NCBI GenBank assembly: GCA_964016885.1
Contig: OZ024757.1
Span: 40,858,001-40,922,000 of the forward strand
Origin: Eledone cirrhosa
Lineage: Eukaryota
Direction of reading: 5' to 3'
DNA length: 64,000 nucleotides
Position numbers and translations under genes: made by a program. Numbering within the stretch: position 1 is the first letter of the stretch; each line of letters begins with the position of its first letter. Shown in pieces: positions 1 through 12,722 of this stretch. Below the pieces are notes generated by a model, which was not told where the DNA came from, searched no databases, and worked only from the letters and a program-made list of their open reading frames with translations.

Positions 1-558
1 ATATATATATATATTCAGAGAGGGGGAGAGAATGAGAGAGAGACAGGGGAGAGATCTATATATAGATAGATAAATTGTACTAAAGAAACGAACAAAGGGC
101 ATATCATTATAGGGATTCTTTGCCCTACAATTAAGCTCATACATATCCGATTGGGGTCTTAACTTGATCCGTTCTAGTATTGAAGAGCGTTCTCTTCACG
201 TTATAATAAATCTTACACCGATTGCGCAATTTCAGAAGTTTCTCATGCTGCGTGATAGGAATACAGAAAATCGATTGATTCTTTCGTTGTACGTGTTCGT
301 TCTCCCACTGGAACCTCGCCAATATAGATCAATTATGACTTCCTAAAGGAGTTAATTAGCGTAAATCATAAGAGAGCTTAATTGGAGTAAGGCAGGTATA
401 GAAACAACACTGCTTTCTAAAGGAGAAAGAAATATGCCTATATATATATATACATTTATTTATTTCATATATATATATATATATATACGTGTGTGTGTGT
501 GTGTATATGTATGTATATATACAGAAATATATGTATGTATATACACATTTATTTGTTT

Positions 559-592
<34 letters not shown>

Positions 593-935
593 TATACATA
601 TATATCCTATATATATTTAAAGATATAATTTATAGATATATATAAATATGATTTTTTCCCTTCATATTCTGCTTCGCTTAGACATCGATTTCTCCAGTAG
701 TACTTATGATAGTGATAGAATAATAATGAAGGTTAAAGTAAGCCAGTTAGTGTGCCAGATCGAAATGCTGAGGGGGGCAGAAGTAATTTATCAATAATTT
801 AGTTCACCTTCGTAACAAGAACCTGCTATTGGGACATACTTTAGATAAAGAATGTACTGGTTTGGTACATACAAAGTCGGTTATACATGCACTCACATAC
901 ATACATACACACATACACGCACACATCCAAACAGT

Positions 936-1076
936 TCAGAGCTAGCTGTCGAAACGGCCGGAACTTAGCGGTCGGGGTCCTGACTCTTTTCCTATTAGCC
1001 CCTCTACTACCCTAGGTATCGAGTACTCTGGTGCGTTATGGTCCACCTTGTTCCTTACCACAATTCCTTCGTTATA
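936..1076 (+). mobile_element. Short PLE-derived element, family A (3' half of hammerhead motif plus tail)
   Basis: GTC-GAAAC-GGC..GGTC-GGGG followed by the tail ..ctctactaccctaggtatcgagtactctggtgcgttatggtccacc..ttcgttata. Homologous to copies at 3706, 34846, 38161, 38845, 53730, 57241 and 58631. Ends in TA repeats. Confidence 0.7.
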
Positions 1077-1199
1077 TACATATATATATGTATATATCAG
1101 GATTGATTCGGTTAGAAGCTGGTTAGAGCATTATTCACCAGAGTACTCGATACTTGGTGTAGTAGAGAATGGTTATGAGGGGTCCTGGCTCTTTTATAA

Positions 1200-1455
1200 G
1201 ATCGATAAATAACCCACTGAGCGTCGAGAAATAAACACAGAGGTCAATTTAATCGATTTACCCTTCCCCTTCAAATTGCTGGCCTTTTGCCTCTGATCCC
1301 ATCTTTACAGCCAAGAGTTACGTCCCTTTATGGTCTGAGTTCAAATTCCGCCGAGGTCAACTTTGCCGTTCATCCTTACGTGGTGGATAAAATAAAGTAC
1401 CAGTAATACACTGAGATAGTTGCTGGCCTTTTGCCTAATTCAAGAACCCATTATT
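1200..1455 (+). mobile_element. tRNA-derived SINE pieces (octopus Nin-domain-type family)
   Basis: B-box GAGTTCAAATTCC, core gaggtcaactttgccgttcatcc..gataaaataaagtaccag, and 3' end ttgctggccttttgcct. More than ten copies in the window. Confidence 0.8.
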
Positions 1456-1994
1456 TTTACTTTTCTCACAGCTTCCCTTTATTTTATATCCACCGGAATA
1501 TAAAAGAAACTACAGCAACAACGACAATAACAAAAGTAAATAAATTAATTAATAAGCCAATAAAGAAAGAAAGAATTCCAGAATTAAACTAAATCGGATT
1601 CTGACTGTGAACATTTCAATCAATTAAATTTCAATTTATATCTTAATTCTGTTTTTTTTCTGTTTCTTTTTTTTTTTTTTTTTTTTTTCTAACAAACACA
1701 ATCGTATGTCGTAAAGATTATACATTGTGATTATAAAGTTTTGAATTTGGTTTTTATTATGAAAGGGGTGTTGAGGGGGTGGCAGATGTATTGAGAATGG
1801 TGGGAGGAGTTGAAAGTGATGGGGAAAGGAGGAGGATGGAGGTGGTGAGTGAGGTGCCTATGGAATGGTCAACATTTGTACGTTCAATTTTTGTGCAGGC
1901 TGATCTGTTGAGTCTATCACCTGGCACACGAGTCCTCGTAACCAGAGATTATTTTGCACTGGGTAATTGCTGGCCTTGTGCCTAAAGTAGAAAC

Positions 1995-2060
<66 letters not shown>

Positions 2061-2067
<7 letters not shown>

Positions 2068-2196
2068 GTTTTGCAAGATTTCTTAACTGAAAACGTGTGT
2101 TGAAACACATATTGCTATAATTTGGTAGAGTCATGTCGCCAATAGAAACCAACAGTTGCGTGTGTTTTTATTGAGAACATAACCATCCCAAAGTAT

Positions 2197-2203
<7 letters not shown>
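2061..2203. mobile_element. Short palindromic PLE-derived element, family B (tail only)
   Basis: Homologous to the tails at 38311-38683 and 62219-62702, with internal inverted symmetry. Flanked by (TA)n. Confidence 0.6.
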
Positions 2204-2240
<37 letters not shown>

Positions 2241-2242
<2 letters not shown>

Positions 2243-2429
2243 TAAGGTAAGTTATTCCGGGTTGAATCGGAGGTAACCACAATAAGTAAGGTACTCAATA
2301 CATAGCAGAGTATAAAAGTTTTAATATAGATGAGATTCTACAGGACTAGAACTGTTTCATTCTTTAGAAATCATTAAGATTCACGATGATTTCTAAAGAA
2401 TGAAACAGTTCTAGTCCTGTAGAATCTCA

Positions 2430-2440
<11 letters not shown>
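2241..2440 (-). mobile_element. Palindromic PLE-derived element, family C, with broken hammerhead core at the fold-back junction
   Basis: Arms ~2324-2374 and ~2386-2437. GATGA-tttctaaagaat-GAAAC-AG..CT-GTA-gaatc. Tail shared with 33891, 52932, 53236, 57870, 58798 and 61427. Between (TA)n tracts. Confidence 0.7.
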
Positions 2441-2473
<33 letters not shown>

Positions 2474-2547
2474 GTGAGGTAGGAACGAAATAAGTATATA
2501 TATTTTTTAAAAAAATAAGACTCCAGTTGCATTTTCGATTTCATCTC

Positions 2548-2646
<99 letters not shown>

Positions 2647-2709
2647 GGATGAAATCGAAAATGCAACTGAAGTCTTATTTTTTTAAAAAATATATATATT
2701 TATTTGGTT

Positions 2710-2747
2710 CCTTTACCGGTTTCGCAGTTCTTCTGCTTTTCAAAAGG
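2710..2747 (-). ncRNA. Minimal type I hammerhead ribozyme motif, U3-A8 core variant (mirror copy)
   Basis: Exact reverse complement of 2827-2864. Confidence 0.7.
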
Positions 2748-2826
2748 TGAGTTGAGATGGAGGGTCTGTGGTTTTTCTCACATCTCACAGATGTGAGAAA
2801 AACCACAGACCCTCCATCTCAACTCA

Positions 2827-2864
2827 CCTTTTGAAAAGCAGAAGAACTGCGAAACCGGTAAAGG
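2827..2864 (+). ncRNA. Minimal type I hammerhead ribozyme motif, U3-A8 core variant
   Basis: cctt-TTGAAAA-GCAG agaa.. CTGC-GAAA-CCGG-TA-aagg. Stem I cctt/aagg, stem II GCAG/CTGC, palindromic stem III ACCGGT, GUA triplet. Confidence 0.7.
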
Positions 2865-2996
2865 AACCAAATAAATATATATATTTTTTAAAAAAATAAG
2901 ACTCCAGTTGCATTTTCGATTTCATCTCTTTTTCTTTATACTTTCACTCGTGTAGGACACCTCGGTTATTTTTCATTTTGTAAAAAAAACCTCACG

Positions 2997-3182
<186 letters not shown>

Positions 3183-3659
3183 CCATACATACATGCATAT
3201 ATAGAAGCACACGCAAACACATACACATCAACATGTATGGAAATATGGAAATATATATATAATTATAAATATTTCTGAGTGTCTAGACACACATGTGTCA
3301 GGAGTATGTGTATGTATACGCATGAACTTTCTTTCCTCTTTCCAATATAAAGCGTGAAACTAATAAGACTTTATATACCTCAGTTTGTTGACTCCTTGAA
3401 CCTTATATTGCAACACAAAACTAATTATTGTCTAGCTACTTTAATTAACCAAATTGTTGTTAAGTAAATGTGATGATATTTCGATAAAATTACAATCAAG
3501 CAAACACTAATAAACAATACAACAATTGAATTGACATATAAGTAGTCTGTTTGCTTTTAATTACGACTAGAATAACAACAAGTGGGCAGCTATATAAATA
3601 CTAAATGTTAACGCTAAATATATTAACACTGAGTGGCATTCTAATCATAATAGTGCTTA

Positions 3660-3705
<46 letters not shown>

Positions 3706-3708
<3 letters not shown>

Positions 3709-3823
3709 GAGAAACTATGAGCCCGGGGTCATACTTTCTCCTATTACCCACTCTACTACCCTAAGTATTGAGTACTCTGGTACGTTATGGTCCATCTGGT
3801 TCCTTCCACAACTCCTTAGTTAT
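3706..3823 (+). mobile_element. Family A short element with a small 5' inverted arm
   Basis: Hairpin aggagaaactatgagccc/ggggtcatactttctcct followed by the family A tail. Confidence 0.65.
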
Positions 3824-3827
3824 GTAT

Positions 3828-3858
<31 letters not shown>

Positions 3859-4265
3859 ATGTAGGAGGTGAGTTTTATTGTAGTACAATAAAGCAATGCA
3901 GGTATCGGATAAGAAGCACTCTACAGTTTGTAGGACTGGAGTATACATAATATATAAGAACAAAAGATGGTTAAAGGAGTTCCATGTATTTTATTATGCG
4001 CATTTCAAAAACAAATATCATCATGCAATAATATTTGTGTTTTCATCAGATAAAACAGGAGGACATGATATGAAGGCTAAAAAACACTTGTGGATAGTTC
4101 AGTTTTAAATCAACATATCATATGTTGATTTAAAACTGCACTATCCACAAGTGTTTTTTAGCCTTCATATCATGTCCTCCTGTTTTATCTGATGAAAACA
4201 CAAATATTATTGCATGATGATATTTGTTTTTGAAATACATGGAACTCCTTTAACCATCTTTTGTT

Positions 4266-4270
<5 letters not shown>
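3859..4270 (-). mobile_element. Palindromic PLE-derived element, family D-like
   Basis: Inverted arms ~3951-4118 and 4120-4270, unique tail 3859-3950, (TA)n on both sides. Confidence 0.8.
3989..4055 (-). ncRNA. Type I hammerhead ribozyme motif, canonical core
   Basis: ttttat-CTGATGA-aaacACAAATAT..ATATTTGTtttt-GAAA-TGCGCA-TA-ataaaa. Palindromic stem III, AUA triplet. Confidence 0.85.
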
Positions 4271-4327
<57 letters not shown>

Positions 4328-4682
4328 TACCATTATGTAATTTTCGATGTGCCTGTATACCTGTGTGTATATTTGTTTATTCATGAGTATGTATCTGTGA
4401 GCCTAAATGTGTGTGTGGCTGTGTGTGTGTGAGAGAGTGTACATATGTGTGTAGGAATGTGTAGTTGATTGGTCTATATCATCCGAAATAACGAAGCAGG
4501 ATGATGCATTATTAATAGAATCACAGATTCTATTCCACGCTAAACAACTTTTACTGTTGATATTGTTTTAATATGGTTTGGATATAGACGAGAAAACAAG
4601 TTTCGTTGGTTTACACTCACACACACACACAGGCGGAGAGAGAGCACGTGAGAGGCATATATATATACATATATCGTATATA

Positions 4683-4784
<102 letters not shown>

Positions 4785-5036
4785 ATATATGTATATATGT
4801 ATATATATATACGAAGGCGTACACGCATATATAAATACATACACTCTCTGACAAACAGGCATATATAAATTTATACACAGACACGCAGGCATATATATAT
4901 ATATACATGCACATATTCACGCATAGGCATATATATACACATATACACACACGCAGAGGGATACATATACACACACTAACACACAAGCATATATACACTT
5001 TCACATATCTACATGCATATACATACATATACATAC

Positions 5037-5105
<69 letters not shown>

Positions 5106-5290
5106 CATTTAGATATATTCATTTTCTCGTTTTTATTGATATTGCATAAATTTTAATGTTCAGCGAAAATTATCTGTCTGGTTGAAAAACATCTCGTAAT
5201 GATATATTTGTGTCTCCTTACAGCCAAAGACATGATCCATTGTTTGGCAACTGTTTAGCAACATGGCAGCTATAAATGTATGTAAGTCGT

Positions 5291-5336
<46 letters not shown>

Positions 5337-5474
5337 TTTATATATGCTATATATATATATATATATATCTATATATGTGTGTGTGTGTGTTATATATATA
5401 TGTGTTATATATATATAACAATTATAAAGTAAGAAGAAATAGTAGACACAGATATATACCTATTTTTCTTCAAT

Positions 5475-5568
5475 GTCCCGACTGTACAGTTTCGCTGGTC
5501 AGTGTGCAAAAATCCTACATCATAGAGATGTAACATTGTTGTAAGGTAAGCCAGCTTTTCAAGGGAAC
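5475..5568 (-). ncRNA. Type I hammerhead ribozyme motif, U3-A8 core, long stem II
   Basis: tccc-TTGAAAA-GCTGG..(~50 nt)..CCAGC-GAAA-CTGTACAG-TC-ggga. Palindromic stem III ACTGTACAGT, GUC triplet. Lies in a unique island (~5415-5782) between TA-rich repeats. Confidence 0.75.
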
Positions 5569-5905
5569 ACCCCAGGGAAAGAGCGCTTCTAGACACATCT
5601 GTAGTAAGCGAGAAAATCTCAAAAAGGCGGAAGGAGATACTATCACGTGATACACCGGTCAAGAAAGGGGACTAAATCCCTTGTACAGTGAAAAATATAA
5701 CACAGAGCCTACAGAGGTGTGGTAAGTTTGACTGAATGTGTTTATAGTGTTTGTTTGAAAGCAGTTACGAGTGTTGCTCGTATATGTGTATATATACATG
5801 TGTATGTACATGTGTATGTATGTATGCACACATATGTGTGTACCTCTCATTATATATATATATAATGTTCTGGGTAATTGCTGGCCTTGTGCCTAAAGTA
5901 GAAAC

Positions 5906-5949
<44 letters not shown>

Positions 5950-6489
5950 TATTTCGACAATGAAAAATAAATATATAAAAATATTGCTATATAATACCTA
6001 CATATATTTTGTTCCTTATATATATTTATACATACATATATAACACTTATATATACATACATATTTAGTCAAGAAATAATTGTATATATATATATATATA
6101 GACAAAATATATATAGATATTATATAGAAATAAATTTATATATTTATACATATTATGTTATATTTTATATATTTTTAATTGCCGAAATAGTTTTAAAATA
6201 AATTGGAATAGATTTACAAACGGAGAAATTGCTTGACTAAATGGCGTGCGTTCCATATTTATTTTCTAATCATTCACACATATGAAAGAAGTCCTCTTAA
6301 CATACGTGTTTGTGTGTATGAGAAGTTTGTGTTTGGTGTGGCCTGTTTTCTAAACGAATCTATGTAATATATATGGCTGTATAGTTAAGTTGTTTAATTC
6401 ACAAACATGGTGGCATGTGTTTTTTTTTTTGTTCAGGTTTAGTCGAACTGCAGTGATGAATAATGCTTTGTGGATGGATATAATCGCTT

Positions 6490-6706
6490 GACAGATTTTA
6501 CGAGAAAAACCAACCGGTAGGTAACCCAGGGGCAGATCCCGAACAAGATATTTGGATGGCATCCATAAGCTTTACTCTTCTCGCTTGGGATCCAGCTATA
6601 TCAGTTGGAAACGGTTGCTTTCTTACAGGACCCGCTGGAAGGAATGTTTGAGGACTCTGACCCCACGACTCTCTCGGGAATAAATGGGCGAGGAAGAAGA
6701 AGGAAC
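6490..6706 (+). mobile_element. RTE-clade LINE 3' fragment (decayed)
   Basis: Translates as QILREKPTGR*PRGRSRTRYLDGIHKL..SRLG..LETVA..RTRWKECLRTLTPR, the RTE C-terminal RPRGRPRTRW motif. Short GAA tail. Confidence 0.8.
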
Positions 6707-6759
6707 CTGTAGTATATATCTATATATACAAACACACACACACATATATATAAACGCAA

Positions 6760-7225
6760 TTTTAGATACTTTTTCTGCTATGTTTATTAATTGTAGGGTG
6801 ATAAAATATAGATGTTGAACTCTTTATTGTTCTACTGTTGAATTTTAAAATGACCTGTCCACAAGTAAAGATATTATAAGCATTTGAATATACAAAACAC
6901 ATGTTTAGATAGTTTTTCTATGCTAAATCATTACCGGATGTTAAAACATAAATAATGAAGTCTTTATTCTACCAATACTACATTTGACGCTGATCTGTCC
7001 CTTGGTAAAGATGCTATAAATATTTGAATTTAAAAAACTATATTTTAGATATTGTTATGGTATCCTTATTAATTGTAGGGAGATAAGAAATAAATATTGA
7101 AGTTTTTATTGTATTACTGCTGAATTGTGCAAGACCTGTTTGTTAATAAAGATACCATAAACATTTGAATTAACACATTTGTAGATATTTTCCTGCTAAA
7201 TCATTGTATATGATGTTTAGAGTTA
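6760..7225 (+). repeat. Diverged ~140 bp tandem repeat, about 3.3 units
   Basis: Units start tttagata at ~6760, 6904, 7044 and 7180. The full units share gtaaagat..ataa.catttgaat. Confidence 0.75.
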
Positions 7226-7260
7226 ATATTTGGTGTAAGGAAATGTAATGAACTCATATA

Positions 7261-8081
7261 ATCCCCCAGCTACAAATTGATGTATGACGGTTGACTCTTA
7301 GAAGGGAACTAGTGCACGTGTTTCAATAAATGCTTGCTAGCAGCATTATTTTAAAACATATTTTCAATTCAAAAGACCGATTTACAGACAAACTTCGGTT
7401 CCTCTAGACTAGGTTATTTCGCTGATGGTTTTCAAAAATGAATAGCATTAATATTTGATTGCAAGGAAAGTCGATAACAAATTTTTCTGCTGAGAAGTAA
7501 TGCAAAGGCTTCTAAGGTAAATTAGAAATTTGGAAATATTGCTTAGAAACCGTGACATCCATACTCTCCCTATTTTTAAAGAGATATTCAGTGAACTTGG
7601 TTGTGTCATTAAAGCAAACAATATTTCAAAGTGGTTTAATGAAGCGAGCCAACCTTTGAAGACCCTTTATAATTCACTAAATATTTTCTAACAAGATGGA
7701 AGCATCGTGTTATAAAATCAAACTTGGATTAGAGATCCTTTTAATACTCAAAGAAGATGAACGAATGTTAATGCAACGCAATATGTACAATTTATTGATA
7801 TGACTTGAGAAGCAGCATTTTAAATACTTCCACTTTCCTGAATTTTTCGTTTAATATGAAAGAAGTATATACACTGGAAGCCAGAAAATTGTATTAAAAC
7901 GCTTCTCTACTTTTCAAATTTGTATTTATGTGACGAAATATTTTTCTGGCTATGCAAAACTAAAAGCTAATCGTCGTAATAGACTAGATACTGTGGCAAA
8001 CACGAGTAACCAGTTGTGTACCATTAAAACACACTTGAAAGAGATTTTGAACGAGAATGAAACACTATCACTCATCTCATT
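7261..8081 (+). pseudogene. Decayed hAT (Charlie/Buster, ZBED5/ZBED8-like) transposase, C-terminal half
   Basis: Frameshifted motifs RLGYFAD..MNSINI*LQGK..KLEIWK and LYLCDE..FSGYAKLKANRRNRLD..QLCTIK..HYHSSH match the hAT catalytic and dimerization regions. Many stops. Confidence 0.8.
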
Positions 8082-8116
8082 GGGTTTTCTTTCATCTTAC
8101 CTTTTAAATATATATA

Positions 8117-8150
<34 letters not shown>

Positions 8151-9348
8151 AATGAAAAGTATAGAAATTATTGTAGCAAGAAGCCAACAGTATTCCATAT
8201 ATATATATATATATATATTTATTTATTTATTCATTTATTTATTCATGTATATACACACACACATTTATATACACATATATATATATATACATACATATAT
8301 ATATATTGAACCTAATACTAACAGTTTGTACTGCACTCTTCGTTATTGTTTTTGTTTTTTGTTTTAACTTATATATATATATTTATACATACATTCATAC
8401 ATACTTCCACACATATGCTCGTATATATATATATATATATATGCCACGAACCAAAGTATCGTATTCCTGTCTTCCTTCGGTTGCAACGTTTTTATAAATA
8501 TTTACTTCTGCGTTCACAGATTGATTTTTTTAGTTTCAAAAGGGTGAAAGCAGCGATTCTTTGCTTAAACTTTAATCTGTTATTTTAATAAATATATATA
8601 TATATATATATTAATAAATGCAGTTTCTCAAAATCTTATGATAGATTATTTTTTATTGTTACTATCTAATCGAACATAAAATCACTTTAGGCCTGTGCAC
8701 ATAATTTTCGAGTACATTTTAGGTTCCTCGGGGAAAAATCAACATGGTGATATGGAGTATACATCACGTGATTGTGCGTTTTTTTGAAACGAAACCACCT
8801 TGAGTAAAGCGTCTGTTACGTTTATCAGGGCACCTATTACAATACTTCACCTATCTGAATATAAACGCTTATAGAAGTACCTAATGATCTGGGTTTTTTT
8901 AAAAAGTCTTCTTATTGTTTTTAAGTGTTTATCTTTGTTTTAAATAATATCACAATCATTACAGCTAGAGGGTTATTGTCTACGTATACATGTATGTACG
9001 TACTTATGTATGTATATATGTATGTATGTCTGTATGTAGTACACAGTCGCAGGCATGTTCAAAGAGAACCAGTGAACTATGATCTCCACGGTATTGTGAG
9101 GGTTCACAGGCAACCTGATGCAAGACCTGAGGCCAGGGAGATCCATAGTTGTCGTCAGTGTGGAAGTCTCTAGCAGGCTTGAAAAGCCATATCCGAGCAT
9201 CACACATCTGAATCTGGCAAACGATTGCAATAATCTTAGCAGAGTTTGCAGCCATCATGTATGTAATATATCGAGCTTCTTCGCATGTGGTAAGAAACTG
9301 GTATTATAACCAATTTATTCATCTATCTGTATATATATATATATATAT

Positions 9349-9592
9349 AATGATTTGGCTGCAGTTCCACCCTAGCTTCATCATGAATTTGATGTTTTGA
9401 AGGAGGCAAATTTGCTCGAGTGGAGGCTGAGTTCCGACTGGCAGCGCCGAGTTACCACAGACATTTCAGGGTTCATCTTAGAACATGTTATGATACGTTA
9501 GTATAAGTACGTACAGGAGCATTGAGATCAAAATGCACGCATATGATTTTTAGCTATGTACTTTTCCACGAACTTTTTGAAGCCCTCTCGTA
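9349..9592 (-). mobile_element. Mariner (irritans/Hsmar2-like) 5' end: TIR and transposase N-terminal remnant
   Basis: Starts TACGAGAGGGCTTCAAAAAGTTCGTGGAAAA, a mariner-type TIR beginning at TA, and later encodes NIKFMMKLGWN. Truncated at (TA)n. Confidence 0.8.
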
Positions 9593-10119
9593 TTTACATT
9601 TCTACTCCATACCATCAGATGATGGTCTATATTTAAGGGATCGGTATGCCAATCATAACAAGACAGTTCCATGTCTATCCTCGATAATCTGATCCAGACA
9701 TGTCATCTAGATTGTTCGTCAGTCTGTACAGGTTAGTCTGGTAATTGTCAGGGGGTGTATGTCTATGGATAGACAGTTTCCGTAAACGCAACGAACGTAC
9801 AACTGCCAATATCAGACGACATCCCAGTAGGTCTTCTGTCGTGTCAATAGTGATTTAGTCTGAAGTTTTGTTTTCAAGTGTGCTACAGTTTCATCAAACG
9901 CAGTTCAATTATATCTATCTATCGCTGCTCCCCCCCCCTCTCTCTCTCTCTCCTTCTCTCTCTCTCTCTTACTCTCTCTCTCTCTCTATCTCTCTCTGTG
10001 TATGTATATATATATATATTATACACACACAAATATCCCACACACCCACGCACATACATATATATATACATATTTATATATATATATACACCTGGTGGTA
10101 TTGTCGTTTCGTCCACCTG

Positions 10120-10221
<102 letters not shown>

Positions 10222-10943
10222 CTAGAGAATAACGCCAGAAAAGAATTACAATACGTAGGGAGATGATAAATTACAAAGGTAAACCTCTCATTCACAAAAA
10301 CACACACATGAATGAAAACTCAACATACGTAGTGAGTTTCTAAAGTGACAGAATATTTCATATTAAATTATCGACATAAAATGCTGAATCAAATTCCTGC
10401 CAGTTTATTAAAATATTTGGAACTAAAAATAAAAACGAAACGAAACGAAATAATTAATGTTAATCTGTTAACTAAGAAAAATAATTTAATTTTCAGTTAT
10501 ATGGAATGTTAACGTCTGAAATATAATTTTCAATAGCTTCATCATAATGTTTCAGTGTAAATAATGTAATTTAATTTTCTGTTTAATGGTATTTCATATA
10601 TATTTTATGTTTTCTATATATTTTCTATTTTTGTATATTTTTATATATTTTATGACTTATTATTATTCATATATTTTTTCTATTTTTTTTTTTTTCTTTT
10701 TGGTATTTATTTGCATTTGAACAATTTAGCTTTTATTGATTCTACATTTTATGCACTAAAATTGTGTTTACATTCATATATATGTATATGTATATATATG
10801 TTGCGAAATAGCTACACGTGACTGTGTGGGATTGCGTAGGCAAGCATACATAGACAGTGTGTGTGTGTGTAAATCTCTAGGGAGTGTAATGTGCAGTTAC
10901 TATAGGTTTACCCAGGTGAAGGCATAACAAATCGTCGTTTTAT

Positions 10944-10984
<41 letters not shown>

Positions 10985-11290
10985 ATATATATATATATGT
11001 TGTATATATATGTTGTATATATATATATTGTATATATATATGTTCTGTATATACATATATATAAGATTATAGATAGATAGATAGATAGATAGAGAGAGTG
11101 AGTGAGAGAGAGAGAGAGATAAATATATAGACACACACTTTATAATTAAATCTCCTCAATTGCATGAGCGGTCATACACATATATTTTACGATCAGTCGT
11201 TCTTTGTTTATGATTATATCTCTGGCTATAAAGTCTCCGATCGATAAATATATCTCCACCTCCACAGTGCTGTATTATTTGTATTATTTC

Positions 11291-11655
11291 TAGTACCGTT
11301 AGAGGGTCGGATGCCATGCGTTGCAGCATAGAGTTACGCCCCTTTACGTTCAAATTAGAGTTCAAATCCAGCCGAGTTTAACTTTACCTTTCATCTTTAC
11401 TGGGTCGATAAAATAATGTACCAGTAATGCACTGGAATAATTGCTGGCTTTGTGCCAAAAGTAGAGTCAATTTTTTGTAGTAAGGTTAGTGAGTCGGATG
11501 TAATGCGCTGCAGCAAAGAATTACGCCCCTTTACGGTCTGTGTTCAAAACCCGCTGAGGTAAACTTTGCCTTTCATCCTTACGGGGTCGATAAAATAAAG
11601 TACCAGTAATACAGTGGGATAATTGCTGGCCTTGTGCCCAAAGTAGAAACATTTC
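11291..11655 (+). mobile_element. Two tandem Nin-type tRNA SINE copies
   Basis: Repeated gttcaaa(t)cc..gagg..aactttgcctttcatcc..ggggtcgataaaataaagtaccag..ttgctggccttgtgcc. Confidence 0.85.
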
Positions 11656-11729
11656 TGTGTAGTATTCTATATTCGCTGTTACAATATCATAGTCATGTCC
11701 ATATATCTAGCTAAGGTTTTTACCTGTTT

Positions 11730-11948
11730 TTGCCGGGGCAAAACCAACCGTCAGGAGACCCAGGGGTAGATCCCGAGCCAGATGGTTGGATAACATCACA
11801 TCCATGAGCTTGTCTAGTCTAAGCTAGGGATCCAGCAGCCAGATTAATTAGAGTTCTAGAAGAAGAAGAAGAAGAAGAAGAAGAAGAAGAAGAAGAAGAA
11901 GAAGAAGAAGAAGAAGAAGAAGAAGAAGAAGAAGAAGAAGAAGAAGAA
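11730..11948 (+). mobile_element. RTE LINE 3' fragment followed by (GAA)n
   Basis: AKPTVRRPRGRSRARWLDNI, same family as 6490. (GAA)n at 11858-11948. Confidence 0.75.
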
Positions 11949-12659
11949 AAATGTGTCTATAACACCCTATTCGTATTTAAGATACAAAATTTAAAACAAA
12001 GTACTCAATATTTTTGGAATGTAGTTCCTATTTTGTTATCAAGAAGAATATATATTTAACGGACTCCCAACCAATTTCAAATTTCCATAATTCTTCAGAT
12101 ATATAATTAATAGATTTAAATAAGGTCATTGCCATAGTCAATAGAATCTTACTAACGTCAGATGAATAATATCTAATAACAAATTACATCAGTTAAGTTT
12201 TCGACGTATTTCTTTGAGCTTGCAACCATTTAATTAGGTGTTTGCTACACAAGAATGTTAAGAAGGATGAAAAAAAAAAACCTGAAACCTCTCGACCGTG
12301 TGTGTTACAAACACAATTCTCTAAAGCAAACTCTCGCCCATTAGTCATGGCGTCCATATTAGGCGGCGTCTTCAGCATTTGTTGGCCTTGTAATGAGTGG
12401 CAACGAACCTACTATAAAACCTTTACTATTGGATCCAACTATATATATATATAAATTACCCAAGACACCTCCAACGAGATATACCTTGGAGGAGGCCAGA
12501 TAAACATGCACAGGTGTGTGAGAGAGAGAAATAGCTATATATATATATATATTTTTTTTTTAAAAGAAAAAATGACTTCACTTGTAAATAATTTAATTTA
12601 ATTTTATAATATTGTAATTTTACAATTTGTTTTGTTAGATCTATCTATTTATCTATCTA

Positions 12660-12722
<63 letters not shown>

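Noticed and set aside
120-395. Possible degenerate hammerhead (GAAATTGCGCAATC, minus strand) and 11 bp inverted repeat caattaagctc
   Set aside because: No recognisable core box, poor stem I and no second copy in the window.
9041-9310. GC-richer island with ORFs on both strands as a host exon
   Set aside because: No recognisable domain or clear splice context. It may be an old LINE fragment, but the evidence is too weak to call.
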